A stretch of DNA of 64,000 nt from contig JAFZIG010000041.1 in assembly GCA_017554485.1 (NCBI GenBank), positions 7,128 through 71,127 on the forward strand, read 5' to 3'. This document shows, piece after piece, positions 39,052-49,439 of this stretch. The notes beneath the pieces are model-generated. The model had not been told where the DNA came from. It saw only the letters and a list, made by a program, of their open reading frames with translations, and searched no databases. Position 1 is the stretch's first letter. Every line of letters begins with the position of its first letter. The stretch is from Acidaminococcaceae bacterium. GTDB lineage: Bacteria > Bacillota > Negativicutes > Acidaminococcales > Acidaminococcaceae. Made by a program: the position numbers and the translations under genes.

Positions 39052-39636
39052 TTATTCCTCTTTTGTACGTTTGGGAATATCCCTATCCCGGTTGTTCATG
39101 TTACCGTGATGAAAGAAGAATATAGTATCCGTAGTAAAATTCCGTTCCGCATCTTTACCGGATTTCACAGCAATTCCCAAGTCCAGACGCCAGGCTTCCA
39201 TCCCGTGCCATTTAGATTTTTGTTCATTTATGTATTTTACATCTGTATTCTGCAGGTGTTCCTGTACCCAAAGGGATGCTCCATCCAGTTCCGTAGTGAC
39301 GGGAACACCGACAGCAACTTCCCTGTCAGTCCATACGACATCGGCTCCCGACACTTCCAACAGGTCTCTATGTTCACGTCGGCCAGAGTCCCTCAGCTGC
39401 CAGTTCTCACGTTTCAGTAGCAGTATATCATCCACGATCCTGTGGGCCATTTTTGATTCTTCACTAAGATCAAACGATTTAACCGTGGTATCTGACAGGT
39501 CTTTGGGTTTTTCCTGCGTTCTGGAAGCATAAAAGACCCCGGCAGCCCCTGCCAGCAAAAGCAATATTAAAATAAATAAAATAAAGATTCCCAAGCCGCC
39601 TTTCTTGCTTTCATGGGAACGGTTGCTGTCCTGCAT
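39052..39636 (-). CDS. hypothetical single-pass membrane protein
   Basis: N-terminal TM helix after KKGG; RBS GAGGGG; lies between xerD and the aminotransferase. Confidence 0.7.
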   Translation of the reverse strand: MQDSNRSHESKKGGLGIFILFILILLLLAGAAGVFYASRTQEKPKDLSDTTVKSFDLSEESKMAHRIVDDILLLKRENWQLRDSGRREHRDLLEVSGADVVWTDREVAVGVPVTTELDGASLWVQEHLQNTDVKYINEQKSKWHGMEAWRLDLGIAVKSGKDAERNFTTDTIFFFHHGNMNNRDRDIPKRTKEE

Positions 39637-39663
39637 GTGCAGCCCCTCTTTTCCGCACCCTGT

Positions 39664-40551
39664 CTATTTGCGCGGATGCGCTTTCTCATAAACCGAACGC
39701 AGCCTTTTATTAGTCAGGTGCGTATATATCTGTGTTGTAGAAATATCGGCATGACCCAGCATTTCCTGCACACTCCGCAGATCCGCTCCGTTATCCAGCA
39801 GATGTGTAGCAAAAGAGTGACGCAAGACATGTGGAGAAATTGTTTTTGATATTCCAGCCTGCCTGCCATATTGCTTGATAATCTCCCAGACACGCTGCCG
39901 AGTCAGTCCCTGACCCCCCAGTCCTAAAAACAGGGTTCCCGGATCATTCTCATCCTTCATTAAAAACGTGTTTCTCGCTTCCGTAATATATCGCTGCAGG
40001 TATTCTGCCGCCACGCTTCCCAGGGGGACAATCCGTTCCTTGGAGCCCTTGCCGAAGGCAATCACGTAACGCATGGGAATATTGACACTGGCAGTTTGTA
40101 CAGTAACAAGTTCTGAAACACGCATCCCCGTAGCGTATAACATCTCAAGCATCGTACGGTCCCGCAGCCCTTCTGCGGTCGAAAGATCAGGGGCTTCCAG
40201 CAGGGCCAGTACTTCTGCTTCTGTCAGGACTTTGGGCAGATGTACTCCCTTGGTCCCCGCCTCAACCGCTTCCGCCGGATCCGCCTGCAGATAATTCTCC
40301 GTGATCATAAAGCGGTAAAACGCCTTGATCGCCGCCAGCTTCCGGGCTATGGTAGCCGCAGCCCTGCCCTGCAGTTTCAGCTTCGTAATGTAACCGATGA
40401 TCTGTGAACGCTGCACTTCCGCCAGTTTGTCTTCCGAAACGGAAAGAGCCTTGCAGAAGATCCGCAGATCCCGCTGATAGGAAAGCTGGGTATTGTCCGA
40501 AAGACCAAGCTCTACCTGCAGATATTCCATAAATAATGCAAGATAATCCAC
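39664..40551 (-). CDS. xerD: site-specific tyrosine recombinase XerD
   Basis: LEMLYATGMRVSEL, GKGSKERIVP, SPHVLRHSFATHLLDNGADLRSVQEMLGH..TTQIYTH. Confidence 0.92.
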   Translation of the reverse strand: MDYLALFMEYLQVELGLSDNTQLSYQRDLRIFCKALSVSEDKLAEVQRSQIIGYITKLKLQGRAAATIARKLAAIKAFYRFMITENYLQADPAEAVEAGTKGVHLPKVLTEAEVLALLEAPDLSTAEGLRDRTMLEMLYATGMRVSELVTVQTASVNIPMRYVIAFGKGSKERIVPLGSVAAEYLQRYITEARNTFLMKDENDPGTLFLGLGGQGLTRQRVWEIIKQYGRQAGISKTISPHVLRHSFATHLLDNGADLRSVQEMLGHADISTTQIYTHLTNKRLRSVYEKAHPRK

Positions 40552-40683
40552 GCTTTCACTCTCCCCGGTTCTCCTGTCCGTTCCTTAACGCTGTAATATG
40601 CTGCTATTTCTTCTTCCCTGTTTTGTGTTACTCTGACATAAAAGTACACGCCGCAATCTTCATGATGCTCCCCTCAAAAAAGA

Positions 40684-40712
40684 AAAACAACGCATAAGCG
40701 CTGTTCTTCTTT
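40684..40712 (-). terminator. terminator after hfq
   Basis: Minus strand AAGAACAGCGC-TTAT-GCGTTGTTTTT followed by CTTTTT. Confidence 0.65.
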
Positions 40713-40725
40713 TTTCACAGCAACC

Positions 40726-40989
40726 CTAGTCTTTCTTTTCCGCTTTTTCCGGCTGCATAATGGTAATATTGGCGATCGGAGAAATGGTGGAAACCGCATG
40801 CTTATACACCAGCTGCTGTTTGCCGTCATTTTCAATGATAATGGTAAAATTATCAAAGCCGCGGACCAGGCCCCGGATCTGGAAACCGTTTACCAAATAA
40901 ATAACTACCGCCAGGTTCTCCTTGCGGACATGGTTCAGAAAGCTATCCTGCAGATTCATCAATGCTTTAACGTTTGTTGTATTTGTCAT
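40726..40989 (-). CDS. hfq: RNA chaperone Hfq
   Basis: [38 protein letters not shown]; follows miaA. Confidence 0.96.
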   Translation of the reverse strand: MTNTTNVKALMNLQDSFLNHVRKENLAVVIYLVNGFQIRGLVRGFDNFTIIIENDGKQQLVYKHAVSTISPIANITIMQPEKAEKKD

Positions 40990-41115
40990 GCTCTCCAGCT
41001 CCTTTTATATCTTTCTTCCTAAAAACTTATTGATCATCTTTTAATTCAAAAACAAACCTGATTTAATTTTACTTCTTCCCAGTTAGTATCTTAAATTTTA
41101 CAACCTTTTGCCATA

Positions 41116-42033
41116 TTACACAAGGGCATTCGCCATATCTGTTACAATTTTTTCATAGTTCAGGTCTCTGTCAACAGTTAACCAATGTATATACGGCATT
41201 TTTTTATACCAGGTGATCTGCCGTTTTGCAAAATGACGGGTTCCCTTTTTTATATTATCTATTGCCGTTTCACGGTCGCACTGCCCGGTCAGGTATTCCT
41301 CCATCTGGCGATACCCCAGGCTTCGCATGGAAAGGCAGTGATCCATGGAAAGACCTTCCTTGAGCAGAAAGCGTACTTCTTCTTCCAGACCATCCCGGAT
41401 CATCCTGTCCACACGGCGGTTGATTCGTTCATACAAAAGTTCCCGTTCCATAGACAGTCCGAAGACCGTAGCGTCATATTTCAGTTCTTCCCGTTTCTGC
41501 TGTGACACCCTGTCGCCGGACAAGGCAGTTTCCAGAGCACGAACCACCCGGCGGATATCATTGGGATGAAGCCGCGCTGCCGCAGCCGGATCTTCCTTTT
41601 GCAGCCATGCAAACAGTTTGCCTGTTCCCTGTTCTAACGCAAAAGTTTCCAATTGCCGGCGCAGTTCCGGATTCTCTTCCACCTCGCTGAAACGGTAATC
41701 CTCCAGCAGCGCTTTAATATATAACCCGGTGCCGCCCACAATAACAGGTAAATTGCCCCTGTCTGTGATCTCGTGAATAAGCCTTGCTGCCTGCTGCTGA
41801 AAATCCGCCACACTGTAAGACGCGTCCGGTGGGAGGATGTTTATCAGATGATGGAGTACCATCGCCAGTTCTTCCTCAGATGGTTTGGCTGTTCCAATAT
41901 TCATTTGCCGGTAGACCAGCATACTGTCACCGGAGATGATCTCGCCCCGAAACCGTTTTGCAAGCGCAATGCCGCAATGGCTTTTCCCGGTTGCAGTGGG
42001 CCCCAGGATCACCACTACTCTTTCTTTGACCAA
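41116..42033 (-). CDS. miaA: tRNA dimethylallyltransferase
   Basis: GPTATGKS, DSMLVYRQMNIGTAKP, VGGTGLY, LHPND..RVVRALE, FAKRQITW. Confidence 0.96.
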   Translation of the reverse strand: MVKERVVVILGPTATGKSHCGIALAKRFRGEIISGDSMLVYRQMNIGTAKPSEEELAMVLHHLINILPPDASYSVADFQQQAARLIHEITDRGNLPVIVGGTGLYIKALLEDYRFSEVEENPELRRQLETFALEQGTGKLFAWLQKEDPAAAARLHPNDIRRVVRALETALSGDRVSQQKREELKYDATVFGLSMERELLYERINRRVDRMIRDGLEEEVRFLLKEGLSMDHCLSMRSLGYRQMEEYLTGQCDRETAIDNIKKGTRHFAKRQITWYKKMPYIHWLTVDRDLNYEKIVTDMANALV

Positions 42034-42825
42034 TTATAACCTCTTTCGTATCCCAAACCGCACGGCACTGTATTTTGTACCCACAAACTCCGTGCAACCA
42101 AACTCCTGTAAAATCTCCACGCTGCGTTCTTTGATTACAACTCGCGGCGCCACTTTTAATGCCAGATCAACCGTTGCCGGTGACAGAGGTTCATCGTAAG
42201 CCAGCGGACGCAGGGGCACCATTTCCGATGACTTCCGTACCGGCTGCCGGAACATGGGGTCGAAATACACTGCGTCAAAACTGTCGGCGGACTGCGCCTT
42301 CAAATATTCTCTGGCTTCCGTATGGATGATCTCGATACGCCGCAGGTCTGCGTTCAGTTCCGCAAACTTTCCTTTGTAGGACGCGGCGCCCCGGCTGGTA
42401 AGGAACCAGAGTGGCAGCGAAGCTTCCAGACCTATAACTTTGCCCGTCTCTCCGGCGGCATGGGAGGCCAGCAGCGCGTCGGCTGCCAGACCCACGGTAC
42501 AGTCCAAAACACGCTGCCCCGGACGGATATCCATAGCTGTCAGGAAATTATCATTCTCGTGACGCTGTACGACCCGCTGCCAGCGAACCTTGCCTAATCC
42601 CGGATGATACAGCAGCATGCCTTCCCGGGAGTAGAGCTGCGGTCCTTTCTTTCCTGCGATCAGCAGGGCGTCCGCCTGCAAATCATCCAGCATGGCATCC
42701 AGGGAACCGTTCTCATAGCGTTCTACATACGGTACCTGCAGTTCTGCCGCCCAGGCTTTTGCCACAGCTTTCATCCGGCGGGCATCGTTTTTATTGCAGG
42801 TCACCGCAAATTTAATATCTTTCAT
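42034..42825 (-). CDS. class I SAM-dependent methyltransferase (RsmJ/YhiQ-like)
   Basis: VLDCTVGLAADA, YFDPMF motifs; ATGA overlap with mutL stop. Confidence 0.8.
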   Translation of the reverse strand: MKDIKFAVTCNKNDARRMKAVAKAWAAELQVPYVERYENGSLDAMLDDLQADALLIAGKKGPQLYSREGMLLYHPGLGKVRWQRVVQRHENDNFLTAMDIRPGQRVLDCTVGLAADALLASHAAGETGKVIGLEASLPLWFLTSRGAASYKGKFAELNADLRRIEIIHTEAREYLKAQSADSFDAVYFDPMFRQPVRKSSEMVPLRPLAYDEPLSPATVDLALKVAPRVVIKERSVEILQEFGCTEFVGTKYSAVRFGIRKRL

Positions 42826-44936
42826 TTATCGTACGGTACAGTATTCTTACCGGGCAGGTCAAAGCCTGTCCGCTTAAACAGTTTATACAGTTCATCACTG
42901 GTCACCGCGATCATGCAGGGACGGCCGTGGGGACAGGTGAAAGGATGGGTAGTGTTGCACAGGTCGATGATCAGCTGGCGCATCTGCCGCATGTTCAGCA
43001 CTTCCCCGGCTTTGATAGCTGCCCGGCAGGCCGTCATGTGCAGCACATCCTGACGCAGCTCACTGGCCTCCGGCGTGCGGTGCTCCCGCAGATACTGCGC
43101 AATTTCTTTAATGAAATCTTCCGCGTCTTCGTTCCGTATGTCGCTGGGCAGGCTGGCCACCCGTACGGAATTCTCCCCGGCGGTAGTGATGTCCACGCCT
43201 AATTTATAAAACTCATCGTGATATTGTTCCAACAGCTCCACATCCTCCGGCTGCAGGGTAATATACAGAGGAATCAGCATCTGCTGGGCAGGAATGTCGT
43301 TATGGGTCAGCACCAGCCGGTCATACAAAATACGTTCATGGGCCGCATGCTGGTCGATTAAATACAACGTATCTTCTGACTGGGCGATGATAAAGGTTTT
43401 GTCCACCTGCCCGATGGGCCAGATGGTTTCCAGTGCAGACTCTCCCGCAGCCTGGAAAGCAACAGCATGTTCCGTTTGCAGCGGAGACTGTTCGTCCAGC
43501 AGCTGGCGTGTTTCACCCAAACTGTAGAGAGGTTCCTTCGGTGCGTCTTCGCCATAGGCTTTATCCGGGCGTTTCCAGATCGTGTTCAACGGTTGTGAAG
43601 AGCCCTTTCGAAGCGGGTTCCCCGTTGAGAAATCCCCTCTCGGTTTACCTGCGCCGGATCCATTATGAAAACCGGTCTGCCCACAATAGTTATTTTCATT
43701 AAAACTTTCCCCGAAATCACGGTTCAGATGACCTAATCTTCCTGCTTCAGCAGCGTCACCGAACATATTCTGCTGATTTGCTGCCGACACTTCTGAAACA
43801 GAGCCGTTCCCAGCAGCCGATACGTTCCTGGCAGTCTGCGCCAATAATCCCGAACTGTTCTCCACCCGTTCCAGAACTGAAGCCAGCGCCTGCCGGTTCT
43901 GTTCCTGCAGGTTCTTTTCCTTTTCCGCATGCAAGGGTTTGGTCAGGGCGTCGGTTAAAGCACGATACACCGCTTTATACACCGTACCTTCGTCGCTGAA
44001 CTTGATCTCGCTTTTCTGAGGATGCACATTCACATCGATGGCTGCCGGGTCCACCCGGATATCCAGCACGGCAAAGGCAAAACCCCGCTTGGGGATCTGG
44101 GACTGATAGGCATGCTCGATAGCCTTGCTGATCATCACATTGCTGATGCTGCGTCCGTTTACCAGGATAGTCTGCCAGCCCCGGGTTCCTTTTAACAAGG
44201 TGGGCTTGCCGATAAAACCGGTGACGGTAACATCCGCAAACACCTTATCCAGATTTACGGGCAGCAGATCGTCAGAAACCTTTTTCCCATATAAGGCCGT
44301 AATCGTATCCTTCAGATTGCCCAGCCCCGGCGTAACCATGACCTCTTTGTCGTTGCTGGTAAGCTTGAACCGCACATCCGGACGGGCCAAAGCAATCCGT
44401 GTCAGCATTTCCGTTATATAACGTCCTTCCGTGGAAACCGTCTTTAAAAACTTCCGCCGGGCCGGCACGTTATAAAACAAATCTTTTACAATGATTGTGG
44501 TCCCTAAGGGACCGCCGGTCTGGATACATTCTTCTTCCTGACCGCCGTTTACTTTAATGGACGTGGCCAGGTCTTCCTGTTTGGGACGGGTCAGCAGCTC
44601 AAACCGGGAAACGGAAGCAATACTGGGCAGCGCTTCCCCCCGGAACCCCAGGGTCTGGAGGCGGCGCAGGTCGTCTACCTGACGGATCTTGCTGGTGGCG
44701 TGGCGCTTCAAGGCCATACGGGCATTCTGTTCCGTCATGCCGCAGCCGTTGTCTGCCACCCGGATGTACTCCGTGCCGCCTTCAAAAATCGTAACATCGA
44801 TACTGTCCGCTCCGGCATCCAACGCGTTCTCCACCAGTTCCTTCACCACCGACGCAGGTTTTTCCACTACCTCGCCGGCCGCGATCTGATTGGACGTATT
44901 GGTATCCAGCAAACGGACTTCTGCTTCCTGAATCAT
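42822..44936 (-). CDS. mutL: DNA mismatch repair endonuclease MutL (start revised to 44936)
   Basis: IAAGEVVE.PASVVKELVEN, TLGFRGEAL, DQHAAHER, ACRAAIK, CPHGRP. Confidence 0.97.
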   Translation of the reverse strand: MIQEAEVRLLDTNTSNQIAAGEVVEKPASVVKELVENALDAGADSIDVTIFEGGTEYIRVADNGCGMTEQNARMALKRHATSKIRQVDDLRRLQTLGFRGEALPSIASVSRFELLTRPKQEDLATSIKVNGGQEEECIQTGGPLGTTIIVKDLFYNVPARRKFLKTVSTEGRYITEMLTRIALARPDVRFKLTSNDKEVMVTPGLGNLKDTITALYGKKVSDDLLPVNLDKVFADVTVTGFIGKPTLLKGTRGWQTILVNGRSISNVMISKAIEHAYQSQIPKRGFAFAVLDIRVDPAAIDVNVHPQKSEIKFSDEGTVYKAVYRALTDALTKPLHAEKEKNLQEQNRQALASVLERVENSSGLLAQTARNVSAAGNGSVSEVSAANQQNMFGDAAEAGRLGHLNRDFGESFNENNYCGQTGFHNGSGAGKPRGDFSTGNPLRKGSSQPLNTIWKRPDKAYGEDAPKEPLYSLGETRQLLDEQSPLQTEHAVAFQAAGESALETIWPIGQVDKTFIIAQSEDTLYLIDQHAAHERILYDRLVLTHNDIPAQQMLIPLYITLQPEDVELLEQYHDEFYKLGVDITTAGENSVRVASLPSDIRNEDAEDFIKEIAQYLREHRTPEASELRQDVLHMTACRAAIKAGEVLNMRQMRQLIIDLCNTTHPFTCPHGRPCMIAVTSDELYKLFKRTGFDLPGKNTVPYDK

Positions 44937-45051
44937 AATTATCTTCCTTCCGCCGCCATCGGCAGACAGCACAAACAGCAATAGAAACTGCAAACTTTCA
45001 CATTAACCCCACGCCGCCTTATAAGCGGCAGCACAGGCAGCGTTGGGGCTG

Positions 45052-47667
45052 TCAAAGCCCGCCGCTTTCCTTCTTCGCTTCCTGCTGCAATTTATACAAC
45101 GCGTTCAACGCTTCAATGGGAGTCATGCTCATCACATCCATCTGCAGCAACTCGGACTGTAGGGCGCTCATGAACAGGGAACCCATGCCCATGTCCAACC
45201 CGGTCTCTTCTTTAGCGGACGCTTTGGCATTCACCTTGCAGGATTCCGCTTCTTCACAGATATAACCCTTGTTCCGGTCATATTCTTCCAGAATCTCATC
45301 CGCACGCTCAATCACCTTTTTCGGCAGCCCTGCCAAGCGGGCCACATGCACACCGTAACTGCGGTCCGTACCGCCCCGGATAATGCGCCGCAGAAAGACG
45401 ATATCGTTGCCCCGTTCCTTGATGGCCACGGAATAATTCTTAATGCCCTCCAGCACATTTTCCATGGTAATCAGTTCGTGGTAATGGGTGGCAAATAATG
45501 TTTTTGCTTTGATCTTCGTCTGGATATATTCCATCACCGCCCGGGCGATGGACATGCCGTCATAGGTACTGGTCCCCCGACCTACCTCGTCCAGGATGAT
45601 CAGGGAATTCCGTGTAGCGTATTTTAAAATCTGGGCCACCTCGTTCATTTCCACCATGAACGTGCTTTGGCCGGTGGCCAGGTCGTCGCTGGCTCCTACC
45701 CGGGTGAAGATGCGGTCTACCGCACAGATGTCCGCGCTCTGAGCCGGGATAAAGCTGCCCATCTGGGTCATCAGCACCAACAGGGCCACCTGCCGCATGT
45801 AGGTGGACTTGCCTGCCATGTTGGGACCGGTGATGATGATCATCCGTTCATCCGTATTGTTCAGCGTCGCATTGTTAGGCACAAAGATTTCTTTGTCCAG
45901 CAGACGCTCCACCACGGGATGGCGCCCGTCCAGGATCCGGATTTCCCCTTTGTTGTTCAGTTCCGGACGGTGGTAATCATACTTAAAAGCCGCCAGAGCC
46001 AGAGACGCCAGCACATCCAGCCGGGCCAGCGCGTGGGCCGTGTCCTGAATCTCCGGAATGTCTTTGCGGATCTCATCACGGATCGTATTAAAAATATAAT
46101 ATTCCAGTGACTCAATTTTTTCCTTGGCGCTTAAAATCTTGTTTTCAAAATCCTTTAACTCAGGAACGATATAACGCTCCGCGTTGACCAGGGTCTGCTT
46201 CCGCACAAACTCCGGCGGAACGGCAGAGGCCTGTCCTTTGCTGACTTCAATGTAATAACCGAATACTTTATTGAAACCCACTTTCAGAGTTTTGATGCCG
46301 GTGGATTCCTTTATTTTCTGTTCAAAATTCGCCATCCACTGGGAATTGTTCCGGGCAATATCATGGAGCTCGTCCAGTTCCAGGTCATAGCCGTCCCGGA
46401 TCATGCCTCCTTCCCGGACGGTAAAGGGCGGTTCGTCCACAATGGCCGCTGCCAGCGTATCGTGGATCTCCCTGTGCATATGGATGGATAACGATAACTT
46501 CTGCAGCAGGCCGGACTTGGCGCCCTGCAGTTTTTCCTTCAGGGCCGGCAAAGCAGCCAGGGAAGACCGCAGGCTCACCAGATCCCTGGCGTTGGCACTG
46601 CCCACTTCCAGCCGGGAAAGGATCCGTTCCAAATCAAAAACTTCTTTTAAACTTTCCTGCAGGCTGTCTCGCAAGGCAGGATTCATCACCAGCTCTTCTA
46701 CCGCATCCTGCCGTTCCCGGATTTTCAAAAGGTCCAGCAGAGGGCATTCAATCCAGTTTTTCAGGCAGCGGGAGCCCATGGAGGTTCCAGTAAAATCCAG
46801 AATGTCCAGCAGCGTGCCGCGCTTTCCTCCGTCCCGCATGTTTTTGATCAGTTCCAGATTGCGGATAGCCGTAGCGTCCAGGTTCATGAACTGTTCCGTG
46901 GTAATGCGCTCCAGCCGGTTGATCTGGGACAGGTCCGTCATCATGGTCTCGTGGAGATAAGACAATAAATTCTGCACAGAGGAATAGACCAGCGGATCCA
47001 GTTCTATCCGGCCAAAATGCAAGTTAACAAAGTCCTCTGACGCTTTTGCCGGTTCATAGAAAGAATACAGGCAGTCAGGTAACTTGCTCTTCAGCCAGTT
47101 TTCCAGGGCATCCCACTGTTCGATACCGCTTTTCAGTACGATCTCCGAAGGCTGCAGCCGAAAAAGCTGTTCTTCCACGGCAGCGGTACGCTCGCTGCCG
47201 TTGGCTGTGTACCAGCGGCATTCCCCGGTGGAAACATCCGCCAGGGCCATGCACAGCACGCCGTCGTCTTCCTGCAGATACACCAGGTACCGGTTGCCGG
47301 ATTCCTCCAGCAACGCTTCATTCAGCGACGTGCCGGGAGTGATGACCCGGATGACCTCCCGTTTCACAAGGCCTTTCGCCAGTTTGGGATCTTCCATCTG
47401 CTCACAGATGGCCACACGGTATCCCTTTTTGATCAGCTTGGCAATATAAGGCTCCACCGAATGATAGGGAACCCCGCACATGGGGATCCGCTCTTCCAGA
47501 CCTCCGTTGCGGCCTGTCAGGGTAAGCCCCAGCTCCCTTGAGGCGGTTTTGGCATCCTCAAAAAACATCTCATAAAAATCGCCGCTGCGGTAGAACAGCA
47601 ATTCATCCCGATACTGGTTTTTAAAATCAAGATACTGCTGCATCATCGGCGTCAGTTCATTGGCCAT
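45052..47667 (-). CDS. mutS: DNA mismatch repair protein MutS (start probably 47667)
   Basis: TPMMQQY, GDFYEMF, TGPNMAGKST, STFMVEM, DEVGRGTST, FATHYHEL; GGAGG RBS before 47667. Confidence 0.97.
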   Translation of the reverse strand: MANELTPMMQQYLDFKNQYRDELLFYRSGDFYEMFFEDAKTASRELGLTLTGRNGGLEERIPMCGVPYHSVEPYIAKLIKKGYRVAICEQMEDPKLAKGLVKREVIRVITPGTSLNEALLEESGNRYLVYLQEDDGVLCMALADVSTGECRWYTANGSERTAAVEEQLFRLQPSEIVLKSGIEQWDALENWLKSKLPDCLYSFYEPAKASEDFVNLHFGRIELDPLVYSSVQNLLSYLHETMMTDLSQINRLERITTEQFMNLDATAIRNLELIKNMRDGGKRGTLLDILDFTGTSMGSRCLKNWIECPLLDLLKIRERQDAVEELVMNPALRDSLQESLKEVFDLERILSRLEVGSANARDLVSLRSSLAALPALKEKLQGAKSGLLQKLSLSIHMHREIHDTLAAAIVDEPPFTVREGGMIRDGYDLELDELHDIARNNSQWMANFEQKIKESTGIKTLKVGFNKVFGYYIEVSKGQASAVPPEFVRKQTLVNAERYIVPELKDFENKILSAKEKIESLEYYIFNTIRDEIRKDIPEIQDTAHALARLDVLASLALAAFKYDYHRPELNNKGEIRILDGRHPVVERLLDKEIFVPNNATLNNTDERMIIITGPNMAGKSTYMRQVALLVLMTQMGSFIPAQSADICAVDRIFTRVGASDDLATGQSTFMVEMNEVAQILKYATRNSLIILDEVGRGTSTYDGMSIARAVMEYIQTKIKAKTLFATHYHELITMENVLEGIKNYSVAIKERGNDIVFLRRIIRGGTDRSYGVHVARLAGLPKKVIERADEILEEYDRNKGYICEEAESCKVNAKASAKEETGLDMGMGSLFMSALQSELLQMDVMSMTPIEALNALYKLQQEAKKESGGL

Positions 47668-47688
47668 GGTTCCTCCCGGAAGTATTTC

Positions 47689-47778
47689 CGTATTACTCGC
47701 AATTGCGTTTCGATGAATCATATTACCCGCAATCGCGTTACCTGCAATCGTAATTCCCGCAATTGCATTTCCTTCAAT
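47689..47778 (-). repeat. six imperfect 15-nt tandem repeats between miaB and mutS
   Basis: Minus strand ATTGAAGGAAATGCA/ATTGCGGGAATTACG/ATTGCAGGTAACGCG/ATTGCGGGTAATATG/ATTCATCGAAACGCA/ATTGCGAGTAATACG. Confidence 0.75.
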
Positions 47779-49295
47779 CAATCCACTCTTGTTCCTTTTA
47801 CCAGCCAGGTCTGGGCGCTATCGATACAGATATGCACCAGCTGGCCGGGACGGATGGGAAGGCTGCTTCCTTTCTCAGTTTTACTGTGTGGCGTGCAATC
47901 CTTCCCCGATTTTATATCAGTTTCGTTGTTTTCTTCGTTGGCTGCAACTGCGTCCTGTTGCCACAGCACCAGTTTATTACCTCTTGTGCGGCCGCTCCAG
48001 ATCTCCGGATGTTTATCCGTAGGCCCTTCCGCCATCACTTCCACCGTCTGCCCCACCAGCCGCTGATTGATGCAAAGGGACTGCCGGTTCTGCACGTCCA
48101 TCAGCTTCTGCAGGCGGGCATGCTTCACATCCTCCGGCACCTGATTCTCCATGCGGGCCGCCGGGGTGCCGCTGCGTTTGGAATAAATAAAGGTAAAGGC
48201 GGAATCAAACCCTACCTCTTCCACAAGGCTGCAGGTCTCCGCAAAATCATCTTCTGTTTCTCCGGGAAACCCTACAATAATATCTGTCGTAATAGAAGCC
48301 TGGGGAATATAACGGCGGATGGTCCGCACCAATTCCATAAAATGCTCCCGGTTATAGCCCCGATTCATGGCTTTTAAGATCCTGCTGCTGCCGCTCTGCA
48401 GCGCCACGTGGAAGTGTTCGCACAGATGGGCGCCATTGGCTATCGTTTTAATTACTTCTTCTGACATGTCGCGGGGATGGCTGGTCATAAAGTGGACCCG
48501 TTTCACACCCGGCACCGCATCCACCACTTTTAAGAGAGCAGCAAACGGTTCCTTCTCCAATGCTTCCGTAAAACCGTCTCCTACCGCCACCGTAACCGAC
48601 CGCAGCTTTTCTTCCTCGTGGTTCCGGATAAAATCCTTACCGTAGGAATCCACATTCTGCCCCAGCAGGGTAATCTCCTTGTACCCGTTGGCCACGGCGG
48701 TACGAACTTCTTCCAATATATTATCAATGCTGCGGCTACGCTCCCGTCCCCGGACGTACGGCACGATACAGTAGGTACAGAAGTTGTTGCAGCCGTACAT
48801 GATGGGGATCCAGGCGCTGAAGCCGCTTTCCCGCACACGCTGTCCTTCAAACTCGCTGCTCTGCACTTCCAGGTTCGTATAAACGCCTCTGCGGCGTTCA
48901 TCCAGATAATCCTGCAGGATCTTTTTAAAAGAATTCACATAAGAAGTACCCAACAGCAAATCAATCTGGGGGTATTTCTTAACCAGGGCCGCTCCGTCTT
49001 TCTGGGCCATGCAGCCCGCCACACAGATGATCTGTCCCGGATGATGGGCCTTCACGTTCTTCAGTTCGCCGATCTTCCCCAAAATCCGAAGCTCGGCACT
49101 TTCCCTCACACAGCAGGTGTTAACGACAATTACATCCGCCTTAAATAAATCCTCCGTGCGAATATAGCCAAGCTCTGCCAGTTGCCCGGCATAATGCTCC
49201 GCGTCGCTTTCGTTCATCTGGCAGCCGTAGTTAAGAATAGCGTAAAAACTCTTTCCCTTATTCATTTCTGTTTTAAAACTTCTGTTGACAACCAT
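47778..49295 (-). CDS. miaB: tRNA-2-methylthio-N6-dimethylallyladenosine synthase
   Basis: YGCQMNESD, NTCCVRE, GCMAQ, CNNFCTYC radical-SAM motif, TDIIVGFPGET, C-terminal TRAM. Confidence 0.95.
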   Translation of the reverse strand: MVVNRSFKTEMNKGKSFYAILNYGCQMNESDAEHYAGQLAELGYIRTEDLFKADVIVVNTCCVRESAELRILGKIGELKNVKAHHPGQIICVAGCMAQKDGAALVKKYPQIDLLLGTSYVNSFKKILQDYLDERRRGVYTNLEVQSSEFEGQRVRESGFSAWIPIMYGCNNFCTYCIVPYVRGRERSRSIDNILEEVRTAVANGYKEITLLGQNVDSYGKDFIRNHEEEKLRSVTVAVGDGFTEALEKEPFAALLKVVDAVPGVKRVHFMTSHPRDMSEEVIKTIANGAHLCEHFHVALQSGSSRILKAMNRGYNREHFMELVRTIRRYIPQASITTDIIVGFPGETEDDFAETCSLVEEVGFDSAFTFIYSKRSGTPAARMENQVPEDVKHARLQKLMDVQNRQSLCINQRLVGQTVEVMAEGPTDKHPEIWSGRTRGNKLVLWQQDAVAANEENNETDIKSGKDCTPHSKTEKGSSLPIRPGQLVHICIDSAQTWLVKGTRVD

Positions 49296-49439
49296 TCTCT
49301 CTCCACGCTTTACATAATAAACTTAGTAAGATATTATACCATATTTTCCTTTATTTCACGAGAAAGAAAAAGGAATGAACCCATTTGTCCGAATTCATTC
49401 CTTGCCGTTCGACTATTTCATTCCTTTGTGTTTGATTAC

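Noticed and set aside
39664-40551. Tyrosine recombinase as an integrase marking an island or prophage
   Set aside because: XerD-type motifs, housekeeping context, and no att sites, tRNA or phage genes
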